Shown piece by piece: positions 32,339 to 42,486 of a stretch of DNA of 64,000 nt (positions are counted from its first letter, which is position 1; each line of letters starts with the position of its first letter). Made by a program: the position numbers and the translations under genes. Where the stretch lies: the NCBI GenBank assembly GCA_963662545.2, contig CAXXLL010000003.1:2592001-2656000 (forward strand). The letters are read 5' to 3'. The notes under the pieces are model-generated. The model saw only the letters and a program-made list of their open reading frames with translations, was not told the DNA's origin and did no database searches. This DNA comes from Gammaproteobacteria bacterium (GTDB lineage: Bacteria; Pseudomonadota; Gammaproteobacteria; Ga0077536).

Positions 32339-33019
32339 ATGGCTCGTTACAACCCGATCCTCAAGCTGTTCGGTACCTCACCGGTCCGCCCGCTTCAGCG
32401 ACACATGGCGAAAGTGATTGAATGCGCACAAGAGCTGTTGCCACTGTTCGAGGCCGTGATCGCTCGCGACGAAAATGGCATCGACGCGGCGCAAGAGAAG
32501 ATCGCGAAGCTCGAGAACGAGGCGGACGATCTTAAGCGCGATCTGAGACTGAATCTGCCGCGCACACTGTTTCTCCCCGTTGAGCGGCGGGACCTCCTGG
32601 AAGTGCTCACGATGCAGGATAAGATCGCCAATTGCGCCAAGGACATCGCGGGTCTGATTCGCGGTCGCAAGATGTCGCTGCCCGACGAGTTCGGACCGCG
32701 GTACCTGGATTTCGTGAAGCGGAGTATCGACGCCTGCACGCAGGCGCAAAAAGCCATCAACGAGCTCGATGAACTGGTGGAAACCGGTTTCAGAGGTTCG
32801 GAGGTAACGCTCGTACAGGCACTGATTACCGAGCTGGACCGGATCGAAAAGGATACCGACGTGATACAGGTCGAAATTCGCACAGCCCTGTTCGCGATAG
32901 AACGCAATCTCCCCCCCATCGATGTGATGTTCCTCTACCGACTCATCGATTGGACAGGTGACCTCGGGGACCGCGCGCAGCGCGTCGGCAGTCGCCTGCA
33001 ACTAATGCTCGCCAAATAG
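32339..33019 (+). CDS. DUF47/TIGR00153 phosphate transport regulator (PhoU-like)
   Basis: SPVRPLQRH, LENEADDLKR, LFLPVERRDLL and QDKIAN; upstream of a PiT gene. Confidence 0.92.
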   Translation: MARYNPILKLFGTSPVRPLQRHMAKVIECAQELLPLFEAVIARDENGIDAAQEKIAKLENEADDLKRDLRLNLPRTLFLPVERRDLLEVLTMQDKIANCAKDIAGLIRGRKMSLPDEFGPRYLDFVKRSIDACTQAQKAINELDELVETGFRGSEVTLVQALITELDRIEKDTDVIQVEIRTALFAIERNLPPIDVMFLYRLIDWTGDLGDRAQRVGSRLQLMLAK

Positions 33020-33026
33020 TCCGTAA

Positions 33027-34280
33027 GTGGAACACGAGATCCTCTATCTCGTGTTGGCGGGTCTGTTCGGCCTGTTCATGGCCTTTGGTATTGGGGCCAA
33101 CGACGTCGCCAATGCCATGGGAACCTCCGTTGGCGCGGGCGCCCTGACCGTCAGACAGGCGGTTATCATCGCGGCGGTGTTCGAGTTTAGCGGCGCGGTG
33201 CTGGCCGGCGGCGAGGTCACGGCCACCATCCGCAAGGGGATCATCGACGTGGGACTATTGTCGGGGACCCCCGATCTGCTCGTCTACGGCATGCTCGCCT
33301 CGCTTCTCGCCGCCGGGACCTGGCTTCTGGTTGCGTCCTATTTCGGCTGGCCCGTGTCGACAACCCACTCCATCGTCGGCGCCATCGTGGGCTTCGCGAT
33401 CGCCGCTATCGGCGTCGAGGCGGTCGAGTGGGGGAAGGTGGGGTACATCGTCATGAGCTGGGTGGTGTCGCCAATCCTGGCGGGCACGATTTCCCTTGCG
33501 TTATTCGCGACCGTGCGGCATTTGATACTGGATACCGACGACCCGTTTCGCAACGCCAAGCGATACGTGCCCTTTTATATCTTCCTGGTCGGGTTCATCA
33601 TTGCGTTGGTGACCCTGCTCAAAGGGTTCAAACACGTCGGCCTGTCCATTTCGACCGGAGCGAGTTACGGCCTAGCCGCGCTTTTCGGACTGCTCGCCAT
33701 GGGGATTGGCGCGCTTATAGTAGGTCGCATTCACCTTGATCCCGCCGCCGACCGCGAGTTTCACTTTGCGAATGTGGAGAAGGTGTTCGCGGTGCTGATG
33801 ATGACCACCGCGTGCGCGATGGCGTTCGCGCACGGATCCAACGACGTCGCCAATGCTATCGGTCCGGTCGCGGCCATCGTGGGCGTGGTCCAAAGCGGCG
33901 GTGACGTCGCCCAGCAATCTGGTCTCCCGTTGTGGATTTTATTGATCGGAGCGGTCGGAATCGTGGCCGGTCTCGCCATGTTCGGACAGAAGGTGATGGC
34001 AACCATAGGTTCGGGAATAACCGCGCTCACCCCGAGCCATGGGTTCGCCGTCGAACTCGGCGCAGCCAGTACCGTGGTGCTCGCTTCCAGTATCGGCCTG
34101 CCCATCTCAACTACGCATACGCTCGTCGGTGCCGTTCTCGGGGTGGGGTTCGCGCGGGGAATCGCTGCGATCAACCTCCGGATCGTGCGCACGATCTTCA
34201 TTTCGTGGATCGTCACGCTCCCGGCCGGTGCTTTCCTCGCCGTGGTCTTCTACTTCGTGCTGAAAACAATCCTTGGCTAA
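33027..34280 (+). CDS. PiT family inorganic phosphate transporter
   Basis: Signatures GANDVANA and HGSNDVANA; PVSTTH and PISTTH. Confidence 0.95.
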   Translation: MEHEILYLVLAGLFGLFMAFGIGANDVANAMGTSVGAGALTVRQAVIIAAVFEFSGAVLAGGEVTATIRKGIIDVGLLSGTPDLLVYGMLASLLAAGTWLLVASYFGWPVSTTHSIVGAIVGFAIAAIGVEAVEWGKVGYIVMSWVVSPILAGTISLALFATVRHLILDTDDPFRNAKRYVPFYIFLVGFIIALVTLLKGFKHVGLSISTGASYGLAALFGLLAMGIGALIVGRIHLDPAADREFHFANVEKVFAVLMMTTACAMAFAHGSNDVANAIGPVAAIVGVVQSGGDVAQQSGLPLWILLIGAVGIVAGLAMFGQKVMATIGSGITALTPSHGFAVELGAASTVVLASSIGLPISTTHTLVGAVLGVGFARGIAAINLRIVRTIFISWIVTLPAGAFLAVVFYFVLKTILG

Positions 34281-34467
34281 CGTATTTCTCCACTACTGAA
34301 TCGCGGCGAAACGTCGGTTCGCCGGCGAATTCCGCCGATTCGAGCAGATTAAGAGCCACGGCAGTTGAGGAACGACGGATCGTTCAATTCTCGTCTTTTG
34401 CGGCGCGGCACCAACGATCGCTTTCGTGTTGCTGATGTCACGAGCGACGGAGTAAGCGTCGCAGCGT

Positions 34468-34866
34468 TCAGCTTTCCTTGTAGAAGGTGAATTCCATTTC
34501 CACCGCGGCGTGGAGCGGTAATGCGGTCACGCCCACCGCCGTTCTCGTCGGCAGGTGGCCTTCGGCCGTGAACACAGAATCCCACGCCGCGTTGATCGCC
34601 GGGAAGTTGTCGAATTCAGTGGTGAAAATACGCGCCGACACCATATCGTCCAAGGACAGACCAAAATCCGGTAGAGCGGCTACAAGGTTCTCCAGGATCT
34701 TGACGGTCTGTGGCCCCGCGCCGCCGGGTTCGAGCTGGCCCGAGGTCTTGTCGAGCGCGATCATGCCCGCGGTCTGATAATTCGGCCCTGCCTTGACCAG
34801 TGGACTGTAGCGGAAACGGGGCGCCGGAAGGTTGGCGGAACTCAGCGTTTCGATCATTTTTTTCAT
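34468..34866 (-). CDS. RidA/YjgF family protein
   Basis: YSPLV, AGMIALD, INAAW and PTRTAVGV.ALP..AAVEME. Confidence 0.88.
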   Translation of the reverse strand: MKKMIETLSSANLPAPRFRYSPLVKAGPNYQTAGMIALDKTSGQLEPGGAGPQTVKILENLVAALPDFGLSLDDMVSARIFTTEFDNFPAINAAWDSVFTAEGHLPTRTAVGVTALPLHAAVEMEFTFYKES

Positions 34867-34966
34867 CACCTGCTTATTCAACAACTTTTTAAGGGCCGCG
34901 ACCGCCCTCGTGCAATTGGCGAACTATTCTGTTCGCAATCGATCGGAGCCGCTCGAAGACTAGAAC

Positions 34967-36601
34967 CTATTCCTGCTCGAGCACGAGTTCGATCACCGCC
35001 GCGGTCCCCGCCGCCATCGCCTTATCCAGAGTATCGTCGAAACCATCATTGGCCTCGACCCGCGCGCCGAAAAGGCCGAAAGATTGCGCGAACGCCGCGA
35101 AATCGGGATTCACAAGATCGTTGCCGATGCGCCGCCCGGGATAGCAGCGGTCCTGATGCGCTTCGATCGTGCCGTATTTACTGTTATTAAATACGAGCAG
35201 AAGCGGCGTCGCACCGTATTTGGCGGCCGTCGCAAGTTCCATCCCCGTCATCAGCATACCGCCGTCGCCGACGAAACCCACCACCCTGCGGCCGGGAAAT
35301 GCCAGCGACGCGCCAATGGCCGCCGGCACCCCATAGCCCATCGCGCCGTTGATCGGCGCGAGCAGACGGCCCGGACGGCGATACTCGCGGTAGCGTTGCG
35401 GCCACAGCGTGAAATTTCCCGCGTCGAGCGTGACGATAGCATCGTCCGGCAGGCGCGCGTTGAGGCTCGACATGACCCGGCCAGGATCGAGCCGCGCATC
35501 ATTCGAAGGCGGCTTCGACGCGGTCACGTATGCCGCGCGCAGGCGTTTACACCAGGCTTTACGGTTTTCCCTGTCATCGAGTTCGATCGAGCTAAGCGCT
35601 GCGGCGGCGGCCGCGACATCGGCGCACAGGCTCAAATCGGTATCGTAGTTGAGCCCGAGTTCGGCGCGGTTTGGATAGATCTGTATGAGCACTCGGGATA
35701 TGCCGTTCCTGAATGCGGTATAGCCGCGCGTCGTCGGTGCGTCGAGACGGGCGCCCAGTACGAGCAAGCAATCGGACTGTTCGGCAAAGTCCCACAGATC
35801 GGCATGCGTACTGAGACCAAGATAGCCGACGTACGACGGATGCGTGTTGTCGAAATGATCCTGGCGGCGAAAAGACACACAGACGGGCAACGCATTGCGG
35901 CGCGCAAATCGTTCGATTTTCTGAATGACGGCGTCGTCGACGGCGCCGCCGCCAAGGATGATGAGGGGCCGCTCGGCGCCGTTCAAACGGTTTTCTATAT
36001 CGTGGAGTTCCGTTTGGGTGAGTCCATGGCGCACCAAGGGTTGCGGCATTTCGGTCGCCGCTGCGACCTCCTCGCCGAGGACGTCTTCCGGAAACACGAG
36101 CACGACTGGACCGGGTCGGCCGCTCTGCGCCTGGTGAAAAGCGCGGGCAAACGCACCCGGAATGGCTTCCGCACGGTTGACCTGCTCCACGTGCTTCACC
36201 AGCGGTGTGAAGAACGCTTCGAAATCGATTTCCTGAAAGGCATCGCGGCCGAGATCGCCGCGTGCCACCTGACCGACGCCGAGCACCATTGGTATCGACG
36301 CCTGACGCGCGATATGCAAGGCGATCGAAGCATTCGTCGCGCCGGGTCCCCGCGTAACGAAACACGCGCCGGGCCTCCCTGTGAGCTGCGCTTGCGCGGC
36401 GGCCATCATGGCCGCGCCGCTTTCGTGGCGGCAGGAGACGAGGCGCACGCGATCCGTCTCGTCGTACAGCGCATCGAGTACCGGCAGATAGCTTTCACCG
36501 GGGACACAGAATAACGTGTCGACGTCGTGCATTAGCAGGGCGTCGACGACCAGGCGGCCACCGGTGGTCTGCGCCTTCGTTAAAGCCCCTGCCCGCTTCA
36601 T
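34967..36601 (-). CDS. Thiamine pyrophosphate-dependent enzyme (acetolactate synthase-like)
   Basis: FCVPGESYL, CRHESGA, TRGPGATN, GAMGYG and TPP motif GDGG...NN. Confidence 0.92.
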   Translation of the reverse strand: MKRAGALTKAQTTGGRLVVDALLMHDVDTLFCVPGESYLPVLDALYDETDRVRLVSCRHESGAAMMAAAQAQLTGRPGACFVTRGPGATNASIALHIARQASIPMVLGVGQVARGDLGRDAFQEIDFEAFFTPLVKHVEQVNRAEAIPGAFARAFHQAQSGRPGPVVLVFPEDVLGEEVAAATEMPQPLVRHGLTQTELHDIENRLNGAERPLIILGGGAVDDAVIQKIERFARRNALPVCVSFRRQDHFDNTHPSYVGYLGLSTHADLWDFAEQSDCLLVLGARLDAPTTRGYTAFRNGISRVLIQIYPNRAELGLNYDTDLSLCADVAAAAAALSSIELDDRENRKAWCKRLRAAYVTASKPPSNDARLDPGRVMSSLNARLPDDAIVTLDAGNFTLWPQRYREYRRPGRLLAPINGAMGYGVPAAIGASLAFPGRRVVGFVGDGGMLMTGMELATAAKYGATPLLLVFNNSKYGTIEAHQDRCYPGRRIGNDLVNPDFAAFAQSFGLFGARVEANDGFDDTLDKAMAAGTAAVIELVLEQE

Positions 36602-36895
36602 CGAGTCACCACTTCGAGCATTCGCTTTCGAGCGCGAGCCCTTGGAGCCCGCCGTAGCCATGCAGAATAGTCGCGTTCCACCCGCGTCCCCCAGTTTCCG
36701 CTTCACGTAGGCGCCAGTATATCCGCGACGCCCCGAAACCGACGATGCGTGGTCCAAGGCGCGCCCGGCAATCACGAATCCTGTCGTGCTGGCCGGCGAA
36801 TGTTTCCTGCGCCCCAATTAAGACGCCCTATCATCGGGATTATCGAATATAAAATAGCGCTACAAGATCACACGAAATCGAAAGGCCATACCACA

Positions 36896-37486
36896 ATGAA
36901 CCGCACCCAACTCAAGGTCTTCTTCAACTTCCGCAGCCCTTACTGCTATCTCGCCTCTCGTTCTCTGTTCGAGCGGCTTCGAGCCTATGATATCGAGATC
37001 GAATGGCGATCACTGGGAGGCTGGGACGGACGCTCGGCACCGGAGCGCGCCAAGGTCAAGGTGCCGCTCACACGCCAGGACGTCGCGCGCTGGTGCAAGC
37101 ACCTCGACATCCCCTTCACACCACCGCCGATCACGACGGATCCGACCCCCGCCGGACTCGTCTCCTTCGCCGCCGAAGACGCCGGCAAGCTCGAAGACTA
37201 CGTGGTCACGGTTATGTGGGCGGAGTGGGCCGAAGGGCAGGACATCGGTCAAGTCGAGGTTCTCGAAAAAGTCGCTGGCGCGATCGGTCTGGATACCAAG
37301 CGGGTCAAGGCCGCCATTGACTCGCGCGATTATGAGCTGCGGCTACAGGACAACTGGGCCGAAGCCTTATCGCTCGGCGTCATCGGCGTGCCGAGTTTCG
37401 TGGTGGGCGACCAGATCTTCTGGGGCAACGATCGCGTCGATTTCCTGGAGGATCATCTTGTCGAACTGGGCTTGAAGATAGCGTGA
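36896..37486 (+). CDS. DsbA-like / 2-hydroxychromene-2-carboxylate isomerase family protein
   Basis: FNFRSPYCYL, GVIGVPSF and FWGNDR. Confidence 0.88.
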   Translation: MNRTQLKVFFNFRSPYCYLASRSLFERLRAYDIEIEWRSLGGWDGRSAPERAKVKVPLTRQDVARWCKHLDIPFTPPPITTDPTPAGLVSFAAEDAGKLEDYVVTVMWAEWAEGQDIGQVEVLEKVAGAIGLDTKRVKAAIDSRDYELRLQDNWAEALSLGVIGVPSFVVGDQIFWGNDRVDFLEDHLVELGLKIA

Positions 37487-37735
37487 GAATGCAAGGAGAC
37501 TCCGTCGTCCAATGGGTTCGGTAGGTGAGTGGTCTCCGTCGATAGCGCGGGAGAAAAGCCGCAGACGCTCCCAGCGCAGCATTAGCGATTCGACAGTTGG
37601 GTTATTTCAACGAGACCTCAGAACCGGCCCGATAAATCAACAAGTTAAGCTACCGGCCGGATTGACTATACTTGAGGGAAGGCTGTGGAGGCTGGTGGAC
37701 ATCGCTCACTAATCGGAAGGCCTAGGAGGTGCAAC

Positions 37736-38245
37736 TTGGCTAATATTCTCGACACGATTGCGCTCGAACGCGCCTATATCGCGCGGATGATCGACTTGCT
37801 CGATGAACAACTGGACATACTGCGTGATCCCGCACGCGATCCGGACTATCACCTGCTGCGGGAAATCGCACGGTATTTTTGCCACTATCCCACCGCGATC
37901 CACTACCCGTTTGTCGACACGTTGTTCGAATATCTGGCCGAACTCGAAGACGACTTGAAACCCCAGGTTGGGGAAATGAAACGCAGGCACGATCGTCATT
38001 CTCTTCTGGTCGATGAAGTCTACGCGTTGTTAGACGGTGCCTGTTCCGGGCACATGATCCCGCGGGACCGCCTTTTGAAAGAAGCCACAGCCTATGTTGC
38101 GCTGCATCGAGAGCATATGACGCCCACCGACACCGAGCTGTTCGAACTTGCGACCGAACGTCTTTCAAGTGAAGATCTCGAGAAGATTGAGAATCAGTTA
38201 TATAAACATTTCCCGTCATCTATCTCAATCCATCTGGTTCAATAA
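37736..38245 (+). CDS. Hemerythrin-domain protein, C-terminus possibly replaced
   Basis: RBS AGGAGG then TTG. PDY.LL.EI..Y..HYP..IH and Y..LHREHM pattern; several His/Glu ligands look substituted. Confidence 0.6.
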   Translation: MANILDTIALERAYIARMIDLLDEQLDILRDPARDPDYHLLREIARYFCHYPTAIHYPFVDTLFEYLAELEDDLKPQVGEMKRRHDRHSLLVDEVYALLDGACSGHMIPRDRLLKEATAYVALHREHMTPTDTELFELATERLSSEDLEKIENQLYKHFPSSISIHLVQ

Positions 38246-38320
38246 CCGGTTAATTATTAGATAGATTAAATCTACTTACCTCCACTTGCATCAAGGGCGT
38301 TCGACGGGTATCTTGGCGCT

Positions 38321-38360
38321 GGGGTGACATAGTGGTGATGTAAATAGACGGTGTCACCCC
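38321..38360. promoter_or_regulatory. Inverted repeat upstream of the integrase (candidate arm-type or operator sites)
   Basis: GGGGTGACA (38321-38329) and TGTCACCCC (38352-38360), with an internal GGTGATG. Confidence 0.45.
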
Positions 38361-38377
38361 TCAACCAGGAGGACGCC

Positions 38378-39541
38378 ATGCTGAGCGAACTTAAGATCCG
38401 GAATGCCCGACCCGAGACTAAGACCCGCATCCTGTGGGACCAGCAGGTGAAGGGCTTAGGCGTCCGCATCACGCCGAAGGGCACCAAAGCCTATGTGCTC
38501 GACTATCGAATCAACGGCCGCCGTCATCGTGTGGTGCTGGCGCGAACGGCCGAGATATCCCTGGAGGAAGTTCGCAAGCGCGCCGGTGCCGAGCGGGTGC
38601 GGATCCGCGCCGGCGAGAGCGATCTGCTGACGCGGCGGCGCGAGGCGCGTGCGTCACCCACGGTGAACGAGGGATTGGAGCGGTTCTTCGCCGAATATGT
38701 GCCGACGCGGCTGGCAGCGGGCCGCATGGCTCAGGGCACGGTGGACGGCTATCGCCGACAAGCCGCCCGTCATCTGCAGCCTGCCCTCGGCCGGCAGCGG
38801 ATCGCCGACATCACGCGCCACGACATCGAGCGCATGGTGGCGCCGCTCGCGACGGCCGCCCCGGTACAGCGCAACCGCGTGCTGGCGTTCACGAGCCGGC
38901 TGTTCCGGCTGTTCGAAGATTGGGAGTTGCGCCCGCAGCACACGAACCCCACCCGGGGTATCGAGCGGGCGCGTGAGGAAGCACGCGACCGGGTGCTCAC
39001 GCCGTCGGAGATGACGGCACTCGGTGCGGCGCTGGCACGCGCGGAGAAGGACAAGCCCGCGGCCGTGGCGGCGATCCGGTTGGCGGCCCTGACGGGTCTG
39101 CGCATTGGCGAGGTGCTGGCGATGCGCTGGGAGCACTTAGACACTGAACACAAAGCCGTGATGCTGCCCCACACGAAGACTGGGCGGCGCGTGCACGGCC
39201 TGCCCGCGGCGGCGCTGGAACTGCTTGCGGACCTGCCGCGCATCAACGGCTATGTGTTCACCACTGGGCGCGACACGGCCATCTCGTATCAGACGGTCCA
39301 CGCCGCCTTCGCAACCCTGACGCGCGAGGCCGGCCTGCGGGACGTGTGCCTGCACGACCTGCGCCGCACGGTCATGACGAGTGCAGCGCGCGCTGGGGTC
39401 GGCACCCATGTGCTGCGCGACCTGCTCGGGCACAAGACCACGGCGATGGCGGACCGCTACATCCGTCATGCCGGCGCGGCGGTTCACGAGGCCCAGGAGC
39501 ACATCGGTGCGGCCATCGACGCGCAGTTGCGGGGCTTATGA
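38378..39541 (+). CDS. Tyrosine recombinase/integrase with N-terminal arm-binding domain
   Basis: WD..VKGLGVRI...GTK arm domain; catalytic TGLRIGE, KT, HDLRR, LLGH and RY. Confidence 0.95.
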   Translation: MLSELKIRNARPETKTRILWDQQVKGLGVRITPKGTKAYVLDYRINGRRHRVVLARTAEISLEEVRKRAGAERVRIRAGESDLLTRRREARASPTVNEGLERFFAEYVPTRLAAGRMAQGTVDGYRRQAARHLQPALGRQRIADITRHDIERMVAPLATAAPVQRNRVLAFTSRLFRLFEDWELRPQHTNPTRGIERAREEARDRVLTPSEMTALGAALARAEKDKPAAVAAIRLAALTGLRIGEVLAMRWEHLDTEHKAVMLPHTKTGRRVHGLPAAALELLADLPRINGYVFTTGRDTAISYQTVHAAFATLTREAGLRDVCLHDLRRTVMTSAARAGVGTHVLRDLLGHKTTAMADRYIRHAGAAVHEAQEHIGAAIDAQLRGL

Positions 39542-39572
39542 TGGCGCCCGATGCACGACGGAGGACCATTCG

Positions 39573-40349
39573 ATGAGTGAAACGGAGACCCCGTCCGAGC
39601 CGACCGAACGGTGCCCGCAGTGCGGTTTGCCAGTGACGGCACCGAGGAACCCGCCGATGAGCGTGGAGGTCGGCGTCTGCTCGGCGTGTGGGCAGGCCCC
39701 GCTGGCGGCGGATGTTCAATCCCTCTACGGCCCGGACACAAATCCGGGCAAACATCGAAGGAAGCTTATCGAGTACCGGTTGGAACTGGCAAGGCTCCAA
39801 GAGCGCCTGAGAGAGGAGGGTCTGTCCCCATCCTATCAAGAGGCCGTGGATCTCGTGCAGCTGTATCCCTGGCCCGACCCTGAAGACCCTGAGGCTTGGG
39901 CCACCTTTGGGCTCGTCTTAGACTGTGTGGAGGAGGAGGATGGGCGGCAGGTGCTGATAGAAGAGCACGTCCAGAAATGGCTTGAAGTCTGGCAAGACGA
40001 AAGCGAGCGGAAGTGGGATCGATTTTGGGTGCAGGAGGCGCTCGAAGAAAGCGCAAGGCGGGTACCGGATCATCCACTCGCCACCGAGATCTTAGAACGG
40101 CTGGAGAGCGGGCGCCTGAACCGCCCGAGTGGTCGGTACGATCCGCGCAAAAATGAGGTTCGCGACGTGCATATTCTCAAAGTGCTCGACAATTTGGTGG
40201 GCCTTGGCATGAACCCGACGCGCCACCTGTGGGGTCCAAAGGAAGAATCAGCATGCGACGCGGTCGCGACGGCGAGGGGACTCTTCTTGTCGTACACGGG
40301 GGTCGAATCGGTTTGGAAGCGGCGGCCACACACGGAAACCAGGCGCTGA
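39573..40349 (+). CDS. Hypothetical protein with N-terminal Zn ribbon
   Basis: RBS GGAGG and ATG at 39573; CPQC...CSAC; acidic, Trp-rich middle; C-terminal helix YTGVESVWK. Confidence 0.65.
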   Translation: MSETETPSEPTERCPQCGLPVTAPRNPPMSVEVGVCSACGQAPLAADVQSLYGPDTNPGKHRRKLIEYRLELARLQERLREEGLSPSYQEAVDLVQLYPWPDPEDPEAWATFGLVLDCVEEEDGRQVLIEEHVQKWLEVWQDESERKWDRFWVQEALEESARRVPDHPLATEILERLESGRLNRPSGRYDPRKNEVRDVHILKVLDNLVGLGMNPTRHLWGPKEESACDAVATARGLFLSYTGVESVWKRRPHTETRR

Positions 40350-40373
40350 GAGGCGACCCCAAGGAGCAGCACG

Positions 40374-41360
40374 ATGGGACATGACCTTTTCCAGGGCGGC
40401 ATGGCGTTCGTGGGCGAGACACCGTGGCACCGTCTCGGCACGGCGGTTGAATCACACATAACAGCGGAGCAGATGATGTGCGCGGCCAATTTGGACTGGC
40501 GCGTTCGAAAGCAGCCCGCCCCCGGCGCTCGGCTGCTCGATGCAGGCAGGAAAGTCTATGACCGGTACATCGTGCTGCGTGACCCGGTGGGTGACGAGAC
40601 CGAGGCGGTCGCGCTCGCCATCGTCGGCAAGGATTACGAGTCGCTCCAGAACAAGGATGCGTTCACGTTCTTCGAGCCCTTCATTGACAATGGCTGGGCC
40701 GAGTTCCACACAGCGGGCGCGTTGGGCAACGGCGAGCGGGTTTGGGCGCTGGCGCGGCTGTCGGAACAAATGGTCATCCATGGGGACGACCCTGTCGATC
40801 GCTTCCTGTTGCTGTCCAACTCCCATGACGGGTCGAGCGCCGTCACCGTGCGGTTCACGCCGGTCCGAGTCGTCTGCCAAAATACGCTGAGCCTCGCACA
40901 GGCGGGCGGGACGGGGGTCGTGTCCGTCCGTCATACCCGAAAGATTCGCCACAATCTGAAAAAAACCCAGGCGCAAGCATTGAAGCGTCTCTCCGATGCG
41001 GTATTTGCTGAGGCCGGATCCCTGTTCGCTTGCATGGCAGAGTGCAGTGTGGCGCCCGCAGCGGTAGACGGTTATCTAGAGACGCTGTTTCCGAGGACTC
41101 GCCGGCAGAAGACCCAAGGTCTGGAACCTGAGCGGTGGGCACGCGTGAAGCAGATCCTTGGCGACGAAGCCGTCACGCCGTCCGCGACACGCGAGACGCT
41201 GTGGGCGCTCTACAACGCGGTCGTTCGGGATGAAGACTACCGCCGCACCCGTGAAGTGACCGCAGATGCGCGTTTGGAACGGGTGTGGTTCGGGCGCGGA
41301 TATGGCTTGAAACGCAAGGCGCTTGAAACGGCCCGAGTACAGTTGGATAGCGCCGCCTGA
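40374..41360 (+). CDS. DUF932 / TIGR03299 phage- and plasmid-like protein
   Basis: PWHRLG, ANLDW.V, YESLQN.DAF.FF, TAGALGNG.RVW, SNSHDGS, PVRVVCQNTL and TLWALYNAV. Confidence 0.9.
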   Translation: MGHDLFQGGMAFVGETPWHRLGTAVESHITAEQMMCAANLDWRVRKQPAPGARLLDAGRKVYDRYIVLRDPVGDETEAVALAIVGKDYESLQNKDAFTFFEPFIDNGWAEFHTAGALGNGERVWALARLSEQMVIHGDDPVDRFLLLSNSHDGSSAVTVRFTPVRVVCQNTLSLAQAGGTGVVSVRHTRKIRHNLKKTQAQALKRLSDAVFAEAGSLFACMAECSVAPAAVDGYLETLFPRTRRQKTQGLEPERWARVKQILGDEAVTPSATRETLWALYNAVVRDEDYRRTREVTADARLERVWFGRGYGLKRKALETARVQLDSAA

Positions 41361-42183
41361 ATCGCTAGGCTGAACACGCGCGAGGCCGAGTACTACGCTC
41401 CACCACGGGCCCCCGAGGGCGATTCCATCGCAGGCCTTTCGACGGACAACGCCCGGCGCTGAGGCGGGGTGACCGCGTCCCGCCGTTGGGAGTCCCCTTT
41501 GCTATCACCCTGGCGGTGGACCTCCCTTCGATCCGTCTTGCAATACCCGAATCGCCCTAGGCCGTCTACGTGCGGGTCTGCCGAATTCTTCGATGAAAGC
41601 GGGCTTACCAGTCAAGTTGACAAAGCGCCGGAGACGCTGGGAACCGGATGGCCGGTGGCGGCGCCCCCGACGCTCAGCCGCACCCGGAAGTGGGTGTTCA
41701 ATTGCGCCCATTGCGTCCATTACGCCCTAAGCGCTCCAAACGGTGTCGATGATGGGCGCAATATGGACGCACGGTTGCAAGCCTTCCCGCGCCCGGCAAA
41801 AAGCTGCTCGGCCAATGTAACCAGACGGCTCCGGGCGACCATCACGAGTCTCCGAGCAGATCAAGGGCCGCCTTCCAGCCGCGGTTGCACTCTGCGGTGA
41901 GTCCGCCTGACACACGGGCAGTGAGCAGGGCGTGCTGAAGACCCTCGATCCTCCGTTCAACCACCGGAACGTGTCCCATACACGGGGCGCACACCGGCGA
42001 GGAGCGTAACGCCCACTGCAAGAGACTCTATCGGTGCATCCGGAAACACCAATCCCGTCGGCTTTCCGACGCGCGACCGAGTCCCGCCATAGTGGGGCAC
42101 CATGCCGGAAAAAGTTGTGCCCAACAATTCATGTTGGATGTCTTCCATGCTGCGCGTTTCATCATGACAGCAGGAGAACCACC

Positions 42184-42486
42184 TTGGATGAGTATAACGT
42201 ACATCGTTCCGAAGGCGGACCGTCCGCGCGCTTCGAGGCTCACCGCTACTACCGGCCGGGCGACCCAGCCCTGTCCGTGATCGCCTCGCGCGGCACGCTG
42301 GCGACATGGCGCTGGCAAGGCCGCGGGCCGCGTTATACGAAGTTCGGCCATCGCATTCTGTATTTAGGCGCCGATCTCAATACGTGGCTGGATGCGCGCG
42401 TGGTCGAACCGACGATCCGGATAGCCGAGGATGGGGGGACGCCGCGAGGGGCCCGCTGCTGGTCAGACGGCGGGGTGAGCACATGA
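42184..42486 (+). CDS. Excisionase-like HTH (MerR/AlpA-type) DNA-binding protein
   Basis: TLATWRWQGRGPRYTKFGHRILY.GADLN.WL; RBS AGGAG before TTG at 42184. Confidence 0.8.
   Translation: MDEYNVHRSEGGPSARFEAHRYYRPGDPALSVIASRGTLATWRWQGRGPRYTKFGHRILYLGADLNTWLDARVVEPTIRIAEDGGTPRGARCWSDGGVST

Noticed and set aside
35084-36514. 476-aa plus-strand ORF (likewise 178..1017 and 29486..30448)
   Set aside because: Each is antisense to a clearly recognisable gene and has no motifs; typical of high-GC DNA.
37490-38380. tRNA or tmRNA integration site next to the integrase
   Set aside because: No cloverleaf or GTTCGA T-loop with acceptor stem was found, and no duplicated att core was detectable by eye.
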